From an uncultured Candidatus Saccharibacteria bacterium (lineage in GTDB: Bacteria; Patescibacteriota; Saccharimonadia; Saccharimonadales; UBA10212): a DNA stretch of 64,000 bases. The notes below the pieces were generated by a model, which was not told the DNA's origin, searched no databases, and saw only the letters and a list, made by a program, of their open reading frames with translations. Each line of letters starts with the position of its first letter. Position 1 is the first letter of the stretch. Shown here in pieces: positions 26,439-35,493 of this stretch. The position numbers and the translations under genes were made by a program. The stretch covers positions 344,971-408,970 of the forward strand of contig OZ246413.1 of assembly GCA_965231085.1 (NCBI GenBank), given 5' to 3'.

Positions 26439-27599
26439 CTACTCGCCGTGTTCTTCTATGGCTTCCAGTAGAGAGTTTTCGAGTTCTGTTTTTTTCTTTA
26501 ACTTCTGGACTACAGGTTTTGACTCGGTAGCCGTTTCACTAACAACTTCGTCTTTACCGCCAGCACGATCTGATGTTACGTCAAGCTCGTACCCGGTAAG
26601 CTTGCCGGCTAATCTTACATTCTGACCAGCTTTACCAATTGCGATGCTTAATTGATCCTCGGCAACTACGACCGTGGCTTTATTTTCTTTACCAAGCTCA
26701 ACCTTTATGACGTTGGCTGGTTTCATAGCGTTAGCTATAAACGTTTTTATATCATCGTCGTAAACGACGATATCGATCATCTCTTGATTACCAATTTCAT
26801 CCCTTACGGCATTAATTCTGGTACCATGGCCACCTACAAAAGTCCCTACTGGGTCAACTCCAGGTGTGTTGCTAGCTACGGCTATTTTAGATCTTACTCC
26901 AGCTTCTCGAGAGACAGCTTTAATCTCGACCGCATTATTCTCCATTTCTGGCACTTCGGCTCTGAACAATTGCTCGACAAATTCTTTGCAACCACGACTA
27001 ACAATTAGCTGTGGTCCTCGGAAACTCTTTTCGACGTCTTTCAGGAATAGCTTTAGACGCTGGCCAGGGTAATACCGTTCTCCTTGGATTTGTTCGCTAG
27101 CTGGTAATAGGCCTTGGGCTCGACCTAGTTCGATTCGTACAACCCGACCCTCAACCCTAGTAACGACACCGTTTACAATACTGCCGATTTTATCTTCGTA
27201 TTCAGCTAGAACGATTTCTCTCTCAGCTTCGCGCAAACGTTGCATGATTACTTGTTTGGCAGTCTGAGCAGCTACTCGGCCAAAATCTTCTACCTTTTGA
27301 ACGATTTCGATTGTTTCGCCAACCTTCACGTTCTTTTTCATTACTTGAGCGTCACCAAGACTAATTTGAAGCTCTGGATCCTCAACAGTCTCAACAATCT
27401 CCTTTGTTACAAAGGCGGTAACCTCGCCAGTATTTAGATTCATGGTTACGCGCACTTCTTGGTCTCGGTTACCATAATCACGACGCCACGCCGCAGCCAG
27501 AGCTTGCTCAACAATCTCTTGCACTTGTTCTTCCGGCAGATTCTTTTCCTCGGCAATTGCTCTAATTGCGATTGCTAGTTGTTTGAAATCCATTTCCAT
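26439..27599 (-). CDS. nusA: Transcription termination/antitermination factor NusA
   Basis: 386 aa with an N-terminal RNAP-binding domain, an S1 domain and KH domains (GRVVRIELG..., IGKAGQNVRLAG). Confidence 0.9.
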   Translation of the reverse strand: MEMDFKQLAIAIRAIAEEKNLPEEQVQEIVEQALAAAWRRDYGNRDQEVRVTMNLNTGEVTAFVTKEIVETVEDPELQISLGDAQVMKKNVKVGETIEIVQKVEDFGRVAAQTAKQVIMQRLREAEREIVLAEYEDKIGSIVNGVVTRVEGRVVRIELGRAQGLLPASEQIQGERYYPGQRLKLFLKDVEKSFRGPQLIVSRGCKEFVEQLFRAEVPEMENNAVEIKAVSREAGVRSKIAVASNTPGVDPVGTFVGGHGTRINAVRDEIGNQEMIDIVVYDDDIKTFIANAMKPANVIKVELGKENKATVVVAEDQLSIAIGKAGQNVRLAGKLTGYELDVTSDRAGGKDEVVSETATESKPVVQKLKKKTELENSLLEAIEEHGE

Positions 27600-27640
27600 A
27601 TTTTTTCTCCTTAAACTTTCAATTTCTAAATTGTGGTACT

Positions 27641-27664
27641 AAAAAATCCGACCTTTCGGCCGGA
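27641..27664 (-). promoter_or_regulatory. Terminator-like hairpin plus U6 in the nusA 5' leader (possible attenuator)
   Basis: On the minus strand: UCCGGCC-gaaa-GGUCGGA followed by UUUUUU, about 40 nt upstream of the nusA ATG. A candidate promoter lies just upstream on the same strand (plus coordinates 27678-27707): TTTACA, 18 nt, TATCAT. Confidence 0.35.
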
Positions 27665-27761
27665 CATCACTAAACACATGATAGCACATGCGCACTACTA
27701 GTGTAAACATTCCATCTATTGTATTGTACGATTGGCGTAATTGTTTTATAATAGCCATTCA

Positions 27762-28655
27762 ATGACATCAACCGAAGTACCAATCCCCACATATGCTCAG
27801 TACCCACACTACGCCCAAACAGTCGCTTCGTTTAGGTCTATTGATAGACGGCTACTTAACGAGATGGTGGTCACTGGTACAGATAATATACCTGGTCAAT
27901 TTATAGGCTTCTCTAATCATCATAGCCCTAGAGGACTAATTTGGGCCGATATCGTAAATACAGCTATAGCCTATGATATAGCGCAAGAACAAGCTGAAGT
28001 TCCAGTTGAGGAACGAAAAGTAATTAGGTTTGTAGGTAAATCCACTTTATTTAATCCCAACTTATCTATGGCCGACTTGCTGGCAAAAAGGCTTGGATCC
28101 GCAGCCCCAAAAGCTGGTGAAATTGCAACTAAGGCCGCTCTAGGCGCCGTAAAACACATCACCGGAATGGAATTGGATAAGCTAGACTTTGCGCATATAT
28201 TAGGTGATGGCTTAGCTGCCCTGGCCCTAGATAGACCCAGAGATACTAAAGACGGGTCTGCTCCGGATACAGAAAAAATTAAAGCCATATACCGCACAGC
28301 CCAGCACAACAGCCTTCATCTCTTTGCCGAGGGTACAGTTTCTCACCCAAGCGATGGTCAGTTATTACCATTTGAGGAAGGTTCTTTTAGAATTGCCAAG
28401 GCTTCAAAACAACCCTTGCTACCAATATCGTTAGTCTATGGCAATACTGGCCCTTCTGGAGTTGTAGGCCAGGACTTACTGGTATCATATGATGCACCGT
28501 TTGAGATTGACAGATCAGTGAGAGATTTCGAGATAATACAAAAAGAAATGCAGAAAAAACTGCATGCAGACTATGAACGTTTTCGCGAAATTTTTGGCTA
28601 CAAACCAGGCCAACAACCTAAGAGTCGGGTTTTGAAAAAAATAATTCTTAATTAG
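27762..28655 (+). CDS. Acyltransferase, lysophospholipid acyltransferase (PlsC/LPLAT)-like with a divergent motif I
   Basis: Motif III FAEGTVSH (FxEGTR-like) and an N-terminal NHHSPRG region. The track start (TTG at 27741) contains a TATAAT at 27747-27752, preceded by TTGTAC at 17-nt spacing. The internal ATG at 27762 is therefore the likelier start, giving a near-leaderless mRNA. Confidence 0.5.
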   Translation: MTSTEVPIPTYAQYPHYAQTVASFRSIDRRLLNEMVVTGTDNIPGQFIGFSNHHSPRGLIWADIVNTAIAYDIAQEQAEVPVEERKVIRFVGKSTLFNPNLSMADLLAKRLGSAAPKAGEIATKAALGAVKHITGMELDKLDFAHILGDGLAALALDRPRDTKDGSAPDTEKIKAIYRTAQHNSLHLFAEGTVSHPSDGQLLPFEEGSFRIAKASKQPLLPISLVYGNTGPSGVVGQDLLVSYDAPFEIDRSVRDFEIIQKEMQKKLHADYERFREIFGYKPGQQPKSRVLKKIILN

Positions 28656-28714
28656 TGGCTGACTAAGTGGTGGCTAAAAGCAGACAAAGAGATATCTTGT
28701 TACAATAAGACCCA

Positions 28715-29113
28715 ATGTCATCTAACAATTTTACAGCTAGCAGCTACCGACTCAGTCTAGGCAACCCCTTAACGGTTCTCATAACTGGTAATAAGGTAGG
28801 CAAACCCAACTTTCGTGTGATCTTGTACCAGAAAGGATTAAGGATTATAACTGCTCAGATTACGTACTACTCTCGTGGAACGACAAAAAATATCGAAGTT
28901 AAACGAATAAATCGCATCAACCGGCTTAACGAACTTCGGCTTCACACAACGGAAATACTCTATCCAGGAAAATACGTAATAAATATTACTTTTGAGGCTT
29001 TATCGAAAATAGATTACTCTAAATTAGACAAAGATACGGGCGACTTAAAAGCCTACTTACCCGTCGCCGACATAAGCGAACAAGCTAACAAACTGGAGAT
29101 TGTTGCCCGATAA
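28715..29113 (+). CDS. Hypothetical protein (132 aa), translationally coupled to pepF
   Basis: ORF with no recognisable motif. Its stop overlaps the pepF start (TAATGA). Confidence 0.4.
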   Translation: MSSNNFTASSYRLSLGNPLTVLITGNKVGKPNFRVILYQKGLRIITAQITYYSRGTTKNIEVKRINRINRLNELRLHTTEILYPGKYVINITFEALSKIDYSKLDKDTGDLKAYLPVADISEQANKLEIVAR

Positions 29114-30813
29114 TGACTAAGACAACTTATATTCACTACCCCGATAGGCCAAAAAGTTTAACCGCTAGTTTTGTAGCTAAAGAATATGCAAAACTACTAT
29201 CTCGGCTCGAGACTGCCGAGGCTGCAACAACAGCAGACTTATGGATAAAGTTGTTTGGCGACTGGAATAGTCTTGCCTCCTACATAGGTAGCGAGGCAAG
29301 CCGAGTAAGCTATGCTTACGCCAAAGACGTTACTAATAAGTCCTTGGAGTCCAAGGATGAGTACTTTCGAAATAAGATTGTGCCCGTTATTACTAAGCCA
29401 GAACATGAATTAACCTCTGCCTTTTTAAAAAGCAAGCATCGCCAGGCTTTGGCTAGTCGCTATGGTGAACAATTAATACCGGTTTATGAGACAGCTCTTA
29501 AACCGATGGACCCAATCAACACTAAACTCGGAATAGAAGCCAGCAACCTGACTAATAAATACGACAAGATCATCGCTAAAGGCAATGTAAAAATTCAGGG
29601 TAAAGAAGTTAATCTATACACTGCGCGTTCTTTCTTATTTTCCGATAATGCAGATACTCGTCGTGAGGCCTATATTGCCTCTAGTGAATGGTTTTTGAAA
29701 AATCACGACCAGTTAGCCGAAATTTACGATAAGCTCGTTGGTATTAGAACTCAGATGGGCAAGAATCTTGGTTTTACAAACTATGTACCACTGGCTTACC
29801 AGATACGTGGTCGTCAGGGTTATGGAGAAAATGAAGTTACAAAGTTTAGAAAGGCAGTTCAAAAATATTTAACCCCATTGGTTAAGGATGTTCTGGATAA
29901 GAGAGCCAGCCAGCTAGGGACTAACGGCCTCAAGCCTTGGGATATTTTTTATGACCCAGCGCTTACTATTCCTCTCGGAATTGTCCCGGTCGCAACCCAG
30001 CTAGACTCTGCCCAGCGGCTTTTTGACAAACTATCGCCCGTTCTTGGTAACCACTTCAAACAGATGCGCCGCGAAGGATTAATTGACCTGGAAACCAGGC
30101 CCAATAAGAGAGCTGGGGCTTTTTGCACCGAATTCAGCGACGAACAAAAAGTTGCCATCTTATGCAACTCAACGAACGACGCTGACGATGTTAGAACCCT
30201 GACCCACGAAATGGGTCATGCTTTCCAGGGGTTAGAAAGTCTGCATATTGAAGCGGTTGATTTGCAGTGGGGTTCATTCGAGCTTGCTGAAGTCTACTCA
30301 ATGGGTATGGAATTTTTGTCCTTACCATATATGACAGAATTTTTTGATAAAACAAATGCTGATAAATTCGCAAAATATAAATGGATAGATAGTGTTTTTA
30401 CGACTTGCTATGTATGTGTGGTTGATGAGTTCCAGCATTATGTTTATAAGCACCCAGAAGCCACAAAAAAGGAACGTGACAGCCAATGGATAAAAATATA
30501 CGACAAGTACTTACCTTCTATTAACTTCGAGGGTTATGAAAAGTTTCAAGCCACCAGGTGGTATGGCCAGGGCCACATTTTCAATGCTCCTTTTTATTAC
30601 ATTGATTATGGGTTAGCCGAGATTTGCGCCATGCAATTTGGGATTTTAAATACCAAAAATCATAGAAAAACCGTAAATTTGTATCTTAAAATGTGCAGAC
30701 TCGGTGGGACCATGAGCTTTATTGATACTTTAAAGTACAGCGGCTTTGCTCCACCATTTAATGATAAAACCATTCGGCATGTAGCCGACTACATAAGAGA
30801 ACAGTTAATCTAA
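29113..30813 (+). CDS. pepF: Oligoendopeptidase F (peptidase family M3B)
   Basis: 566 aa with the zinc motif HEMGHAFQG and overall M3B architecture. Confidence 0.8.
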   Translation: MTKTTYIHYPDRPKSLTASFVAKEYAKLLSRLETAEAATTADLWIKLFGDWNSLASYIGSEASRVSYAYAKDVTNKSLESKDEYFRNKIVPVITKPEHELTSAFLKSKHRQALASRYGEQLIPVYETALKPMDPINTKLGIEASNLTNKYDKIIAKGNVKIQGKEVNLYTARSFLFSDNADTRREAYIASSEWFLKNHDQLAEIYDKLVGIRTQMGKNLGFTNYVPLAYQIRGRQGYGENEVTKFRKAVQKYLTPLVKDVLDKRASQLGTNGLKPWDIFYDPALTIPLGIVPVATQLDSAQRLFDKLSPVLGNHFKQMRREGLIDLETRPNKRAGAFCTEFSDEQKVAILCNSTNDADDVRTLTHEMGHAFQGLESLHIEAVDLQWGSFELAEVYSMGMEFLSLPYMTEFFDKTNADKFAKYKWIDSVFTTCYVCVVDEFQHYVYKHPEATKKERDSQWIKIYDKYLPSINFEGYEKFQATRWYGQGHIFNAPFYYIDYGLAEICAMQFGILNTKNHRKTVNLYLKMCRLGGTMSFIDTLKYSGFAPPFNDKTIRHVADYIREQLI

Positions 30814-31146
30814 CTCAAGAATTTCTAAGGCTTCACAATTAGCGCCGCTGACACTGGCAGCTAGTAATCTTATATCGCCATCCCAATCGTTGACACTAAC
30901 CCAAATCTTGGATGCAAGAATTATTTGATCAAGTTTTTTAGAAGTTATATACGAAAAACCATCACCCTGGCTGTCGCTTGCCCTGTACTTAACTTCTACT
31001 AAATATATGACGTCCCGTTTTTTAGCCACTAAATCGATCTCGCACAATCTATGGCGCCAGTTGAGGTCTAGAATTGTATAACCATGGCCCTTTAGATATT
31101 TAGCCACTTTTCTTTCCGCAAGTTGACCTTGCTGCGTTGATTTCAT
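30805..31146 (-). CDS. yraN: YraN family (UPF0102) endonuclease-like protein
   Basis: 113 aa with the characteristic ERKVAKYLKGHGYTILDLNWR...EIDLVA...VEVK block. Confidence 0.7.
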   Translation of the reverse strand: MKSTQQGQLAERKVAKYLKGHGYTILDLNWRHRLCEIDLVAKKRDVIYLVEVKYRASDSQGDGFSYITSKKLDQIILASKIWVSVNDWDGDIRLLAASVSGANCEALEILELD

Positions 31147-31712
31147 ACCAGCTCCGCCACGGGCTTAAAGCTAAATCTGTGGATACCACTTATCGCCCCA
31201 TGGCTTTTTAGTGCCTCCAGATGCGCTTTTGTACCGTAACCTACATGCCTGTCAAAGCCATAGAGACAGTATTTCTCGGCCAGTTTAAGCATGAAATTAT
31301 CTCTTGAGACTTTTGCATAAATACTGGCAGCCGAAACTATTGGCTCCAAGTTATCGGCTTTTGGGAAATTAGTTACATTTATAAAATTAATTGGCAAATA
31401 GTTATGCGACCCATCCAAAATTATTGGTATAGAGTGGTTTGCCCTTAGGCTGGTTAGTGCTCGCTCGGCTCCGAGACTCAGAGCTTTAGTTAAGCCAATT
31501 TTATCAATCTCCACTGGAGTAACCCAACCTTCACCAAAATCACAAACCTTCACTAGCGAGTCATAGTGTTTTTGCCGTTGGATTTTTGAGAGTAGCTTAG
31601 AATCCCTGAGTCCTGGAGGAAGAGAGTCTTTAGCTCGTGCTGCAACAACCAGCAGCGGGCCAGCCCAGCAGCCCCTGCCGACTTCGTCGATTCCAACTAT
31701 ATCTAGCCCCAT
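31143..31712 (-). CDS. rnhB: Ribonuclease HII
   Basis: 189 aa with GIDEVGRGCWAGPLVV (active-site DE) and DSK motifs. Confidence 0.85.
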   Translation of the reverse strand: MGLDIVGIDEVGRGCWAGPLLVVAARAKDSLPPGLRDSKLLSKIQRQKHYDSLVKVCDFGEGWVTPVEIDKIGLTKALSLGAERALTSLRANHSIPIILDGSHNYLPINFINVTNFPKADNLEPIVSAASIYAKVSRDNFMLKLAEKYCLYGFDRHVGYGTKAHLEALKSHGAISGIHRFSFKPVAELV

Positions 31713-31762
31713 AAGACCATGCTAAAGGTTTTGAATACTGTGGTCTAGTTTTTAGTGAAGAT

Positions 31763-32266
31763 CTATTCAGTTTTTGCAGCGGCGGCTGCTTCTGCTTTTT
31801 CAGCAGCTTTTTCTTTTTTGGCAGCTTCAGGGTCGTAGCTAGCAGCAGCCTCTTCTTGGATTTTTGCCTCTTCGGCTTCTGCGGCCTCATCGTGCACTTC
31901 GTTAACTGATTGCTTATCAAATTCAACACTAGAAAGTCGGGCGCTCTTGCCAGTAAGCTCGCGCATGTATGTCAGGTAGCCACGGCGAACCTTGCTTCGT
32001 TTAGTAACTTCAACCTTTAGGATGCTTGGGGAATGAATAAGAAAAGATTTTTCAACTCCCACACCGCTGGCAATTCTTCGCACTGTAAACGTGCTGGTTA
32101 AACTTTTTTCGCGATTAACCTTCATTACTAAACCTTCGAAAATCTGAATACGCTCTTTATTACCTTCTTTGATTTTCTGGTGTACGCGAACACTGTCGCC
32201 GCTTTGTATGACCACAACGGCGCTTTTTTTGTACTTATCGCTAATTTTTTGTGCCAAACTTTGCAT
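31763..32266 (-). CDS. rplS: 50S ribosomal protein L19 with a roughly 50-aa Ala/Glu/Lys-rich C-terminal extension
   Basis: The N-terminal roughly 115 aa match L19 (VRVHQKIKEGNKERIQIFEGLVMKV...RRGYLTYMREL). The tail is low-complexity (AAEAEEAKIQEEAAA...KAEAAAAAKTE). Confidence 0.85.
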   Translation of the reverse strand: MQSLAQKISDKYKKSAVVVIQSGDSVRVHQKIKEGNKERIQIFEGLVMKVNREKSLTSTFTVRRIASGVGVEKSFLIHSPSILKVEVTKRSKVRRGYLTYMRELTGKSARLSSVEFDKQSVNEVHDEAAEAEEAKIQEEAAASYDPEAAKKEKAAEKAEAAAAAKTE

Positions 32267-32343
32267 AATTCCCGTTAATCTTACACTAATCTGTTAAATT
32301 AATCAATTCCCTCTGTGGCGACTTTTAAAGATATTTAGAGTTT

Positions 32344-33948
32344 TTAGTCTACAACCCTGTAAACTTCTTCGATACTAGTTAGCCCGGCAATAGCTTTGAG
32401 TATCCCATCTTGCAGCATGGTTCGCATACCTTCGGTAACAGCTTGTTTTTGGAGGTCTTCGGTTGTAATAACGTTAGGCGGTAACTTTAATAATCTTTGC
32501 ACACCTGGTGTCATAACCATTTGCTCCCGAATTGCTAACTGCCCATTATAGCCAAACGGATTTGCTTCACTCTTACCTGGTTTGTATAAGGTTAAGTTGT
32601 TTAGATCCGGTTTTTGAACGGTGTCAGGCAGAGTGTCTATGACTTTTTTGATCTGCATCTTCATAGCCTCGTCGGGTTGATAAGCCTGTTTTGTTTCATC
32701 GTCTAGTCTGCGGACTAGGCGCTGGGCCATAACAAGGTGCATAGCACTCGCAAATAGTGGGTTAATACCAACCATGTCGAGCATTCTAGTTAGGGCAGCG
32801 GCAGCTGATGAGGCGTGAAACGTGCTAAGAACCAAGTGGCCTGTTAGTGCTGCCTGTAGAGCGGTTTTGGCTGTATCTTGATCACGAATTTCACCGACCA
32901 TCACAACGTCGGGATCAAGCCTTAGCACAGCCCTCAAATTCTCAGCAAAGCTTTGCTTACCAAGTTGACCTTCCACTGGTATCTGAATTACTCCGGGCAT
33001 ATTGTATTCAACTGGATCTTCAAGTGTAACTATTTTGCGCTCTTCGGAGTTGAGTGTATTAATTAAAGAATATAGAGTTGTTGTTTTACCGGAGCCAGTC
33101 GGCCCTACAACCAGCACCATCCCCGTAGGGTGGCTAATAACGTCGTCAACTCTAGCCGCTTCATCCTTGCTAAGACCCAGGTTATCTAACTTAAAAAACT
33201 CTAATTTCAGATTAAATAGGCGCATTACAACATCTAATCCAAAAACGGTGGTAACAGCCTCAACTCTTAAATTAAGCGTGACTTCCTCGCCGGTTGCCAG
33301 CTGGTATTGACGACTTATGTGCCCAGACTGGGGTTGCTTCTCGCCGGTTGAAATGTTGGCAGCACTGGCCACCGAAGATACCAGATGACGATATTTATCT
33401 TGCGTAATATCAGCTACGTGGTGCAAAACGCCGTCGATTCTAAATCGGACCCGGACTTTTTCCTTCTGAGTCTCTAGATGTATATCACTGGCTTTTAGGC
33501 TATATGCTTGCTGAACTAAGTAGGCCAAAATGTCGTCCGGCTTAACTTGATCAAGAGCAGCACTGACTCGTGAGACCATGTCTGTGGTTGTCGTTGAGTT
33601 GTCGGCTATGGCTATGTCTTCATAGTGAACCTCTTTAGGAGGATCATAAAGCTTCATGTAATCATCAAATGTTTGGTCGGAGATAAGAGTGAAATCTAAT
33701 CGTTGATCGCTAAATCTTGTTCTTAAACTATTAATAGTCTGCTGCGCCGTCGTTGTCGTTACTCCAAAATTTATATAGTGCTCATCGGCTACTAGCGGCA
33801 CAACGCGCATTTTATATAATTCTGCGTTGCTTAAAATATTTCTAAATAATTGCTTCTGGATTTTAGTTCCATCAACATAAGGCATATTAAGGACTCCAGC
33901 TCGTTTCTGGGTGGCTTGCTCAGCTGTCAATCTCACATCCTGTGGCAT
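32344..33948 (-). CDS. pilB: Type IV pilus assembly ATPase (PilB/GspE family)
   Basis: 534 aa with Walker A VVGPTGSGKTTTLYS, Asp box, Walker B and His box as in secretion ATPases. Confidence 0.8.
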   Translation of the reverse strand: MPQDVRLTAEQATQKRAGVLNMPYVDGTKIQKQLFRNILSNAELYKMRVVPLVADEHYINFGVTTTTAQQTINSLRTRFSDQRLDFTLISDQTFDDYMKLYDPPKEVHYEDIAIADNSTTTTDMVSRVSAALDQVKPDDILAYLVQQAYSLKASDIHLETQKEKVRVRFRIDGVLHHVADITQDKYRHLVSSVASAANISTGEKQPQSGHISRQYQLATGEEVTLNLRVEAVTTVFGLDVVMRLFNLKLEFFKLDNLGLSKDEAARVDDVISHPTGMVLVVGPTGSGKTTTLYSLINTLNSEERKIVTLEDPVEYNMPGVIQIPVEGQLGKQSFAENLRAVLRLDPDVVMVGEIRDQDTAKTALQAALTGHLVLSTFHASSAAAALTRMLDMVGINPLFASAMHLVMAQRLVRRLDDETKQAYQPDEAMKMQIKKVIDTLPDTVQKPDLNNLTLYKPGKSEANPFGYNGQLAIREQMVMTPGVQRLLKLPPNVITTEDLQKQAVTEGMRTMLQDGILKAIAGLTSIEEVYRVVD

Positions 33949-34009
33949 ATGACTTCCATTATAAACGTTAGCGTCTTAAAGTGTAAGCTCTCAGGCTATA
34001 ATTAGACCT

Positions 34010-34522
34010 ATGCAGAAGATAGTTTTAGTAATCTACAACGTCCGATCCACCCACAATGTCGGGAGCATGCTTCGAACTGCTGATGGGCTGGGCGTCGAAA
34101 AGGTTATTTTTAGTGGCTATACGCCCTATCCCCAAACCGATAACGATGAACGCTTACCTCATGAATCTAGAAAAATAGCAGCCAGTATCAATAAAACAGC
34201 CTTGGGAGCCGAAAAAACCGTAGACTGGGAACACCAAGCCGACATCTATAAAGTGATTGATGAGCTACGAAGCAAGCATTATCAAATATGCGCACTGGAA
34301 CAAGACAGTCAATCGGTAGACCTTAGCAGCTATAGACCTCTTAGTAAGGTGGCGATTATAGTTGGAGCTGAAGTTAACGGGCTACCTAGAGCCATTCTAG
34401 ACAAAGTTGATAAGATTCTCGAGATAAAAATGATCGGCAAGAAAGAATCCTTTAACGTATCGGTGGCTGCGGCTATTTGTCTTTACCACCTTAGGCAATC
34501 TGGACAAATAAACATTAGCTAG
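34010..34522 (+). CDS. SPOUT (TrmH/TrmL family) RNA 2'-O-methyltransferase
   Basis: 170 aa with SpoU motifs (NVGSMLRTADGLGVEKV, IVGAEVNGL, ESFNVSVAAAI). Confidence 0.7.
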   Translation: MQKIVLVIYNVRSTHNVGSMLRTADGLGVEKVIFSGYTPYPQTDNDERLPHESRKIAASINKTALGAEKTVDWEHQADIYKVIDELRSKHYQICALEQDSQSVDLSSYRPLSKVAIIVGAEVNGLPRAILDKVDKILEIKMIGKKESFNVSVAAAICLYHLRQSGQINIS

Positions 34523-34541
34523 ATAAACTACTTAATTAGTT

Positions 34542-35489
34542 ATGGCTGCCAAAATAAAAGACAAAAATCCGTATGCATCGAATATCCACCGCCACAAGCC
34601 TCGTGGAGTAAAGGATAAGGAATTTGAAAAAGTTTACTGGCCGTTTTTGCCAATTGTCTTAGCCGCTACCCTAATCCTTGGGTTATCAGTTCATAGTGGT
34701 TCATTGGCCAGCTACCTTAAGCACCCAACCGGTAAGGTTCTGTCTTACGAAACTAGTCAGAGCCCAGACAGTTTATTGAAATTGACCAATCAGGCAAGAC
34801 AAGCATTCCAAGCTGGGAGCCTTGCAATTAATCAAGAGCTGTCCTCGGCAGCACAAGCTAAAGCTAAGGATATGGCAACTCGTAATTATTGGAGTCATGT
34901 GACCCCCGATGGCAACGAACCGTGGATCTTTGTGGCAAATACTGGATATCAATACCAAAAACTTGGTGAAAATCTTGCAGTTGGTTTTGCAGATGAACAG
35001 TCAGTTATTAACGGTTGGATGGCCAGCGCGGCTCACAAAGAAAACCTAATCGACCCGGCCTATACTGATGTTGGCTTTGGATTTGCCAATGCTGAAAATT
35101 ACACTGCGACTGGCGGGGGACAAATGACAATTGTCGTAGCTTTTTACGGTCGTCCAATGAGTCTTTCGGCCCCGGCTCCATCAAGTATTTCAACCTCTAA
35201 AGCTCCTTCAACCGATAACACACTAGATTCCAAAGTGTTGTCAGACACCTTAGTTAGATCCCAAGTTGGGCTTTACAAACTGGGAGCCAATTCGTGGGGG
35301 CCTGCCATGGTAATAGTTTGTATAGGCGGCCTGGCTGGAATGATTCTCAGCAAACATGTTCGACAACTCAAGCGATCAATTCGAAAAGGCGAGCGCTACG
35401 TATGGCGACATCCGCTGGTCGACCTACTGGTTTTGGTCGCTATTGGACTGCTCGTAGTTCTTACCCAAACAGCCGGCTACATTCAGTAA
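34542..35489 (+). CDS. Membrane-anchored CAP (SCP/PR-1-like) domain protein
   Basis: 315 aa. N-terminal TM, a CAP-domain block (ATRNYWSHVTPDGNEPW...GENLAVGF...GWMASAAHKENLIDPAYTDVGFGFA), a Ser-rich linker and C-terminal TM segments. Confidence 0.6.
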   Translation: MAAKIKDKNPYASNIHRHKPRGVKDKEFEKVYWPFLPIVLAATLILGLSVHSGSLASYLKHPTGKVLSYETSQSPDSLLKLTNQARQAFQAGSLAINQELSSAAQAKAKDMATRNYWSHVTPDGNEPWIFVANTGYQYQKLGENLAVGFADEQSVINGWMASAAHKENLIDPAYTDVGFGFANAENYTATGGGQMTIVVAFYGRPMSLSAPAPSSISTSKAPSTDNTLDSKVLSDTLVRSQVGLYKLGANSWGPAMVIVCIGGLAGMILSKHVRQLKRSIRKGERYVWRHPLVDLLVLVAIGLLVVLTQTAGYIQ

Positions 35490-35493
35490 GCTC

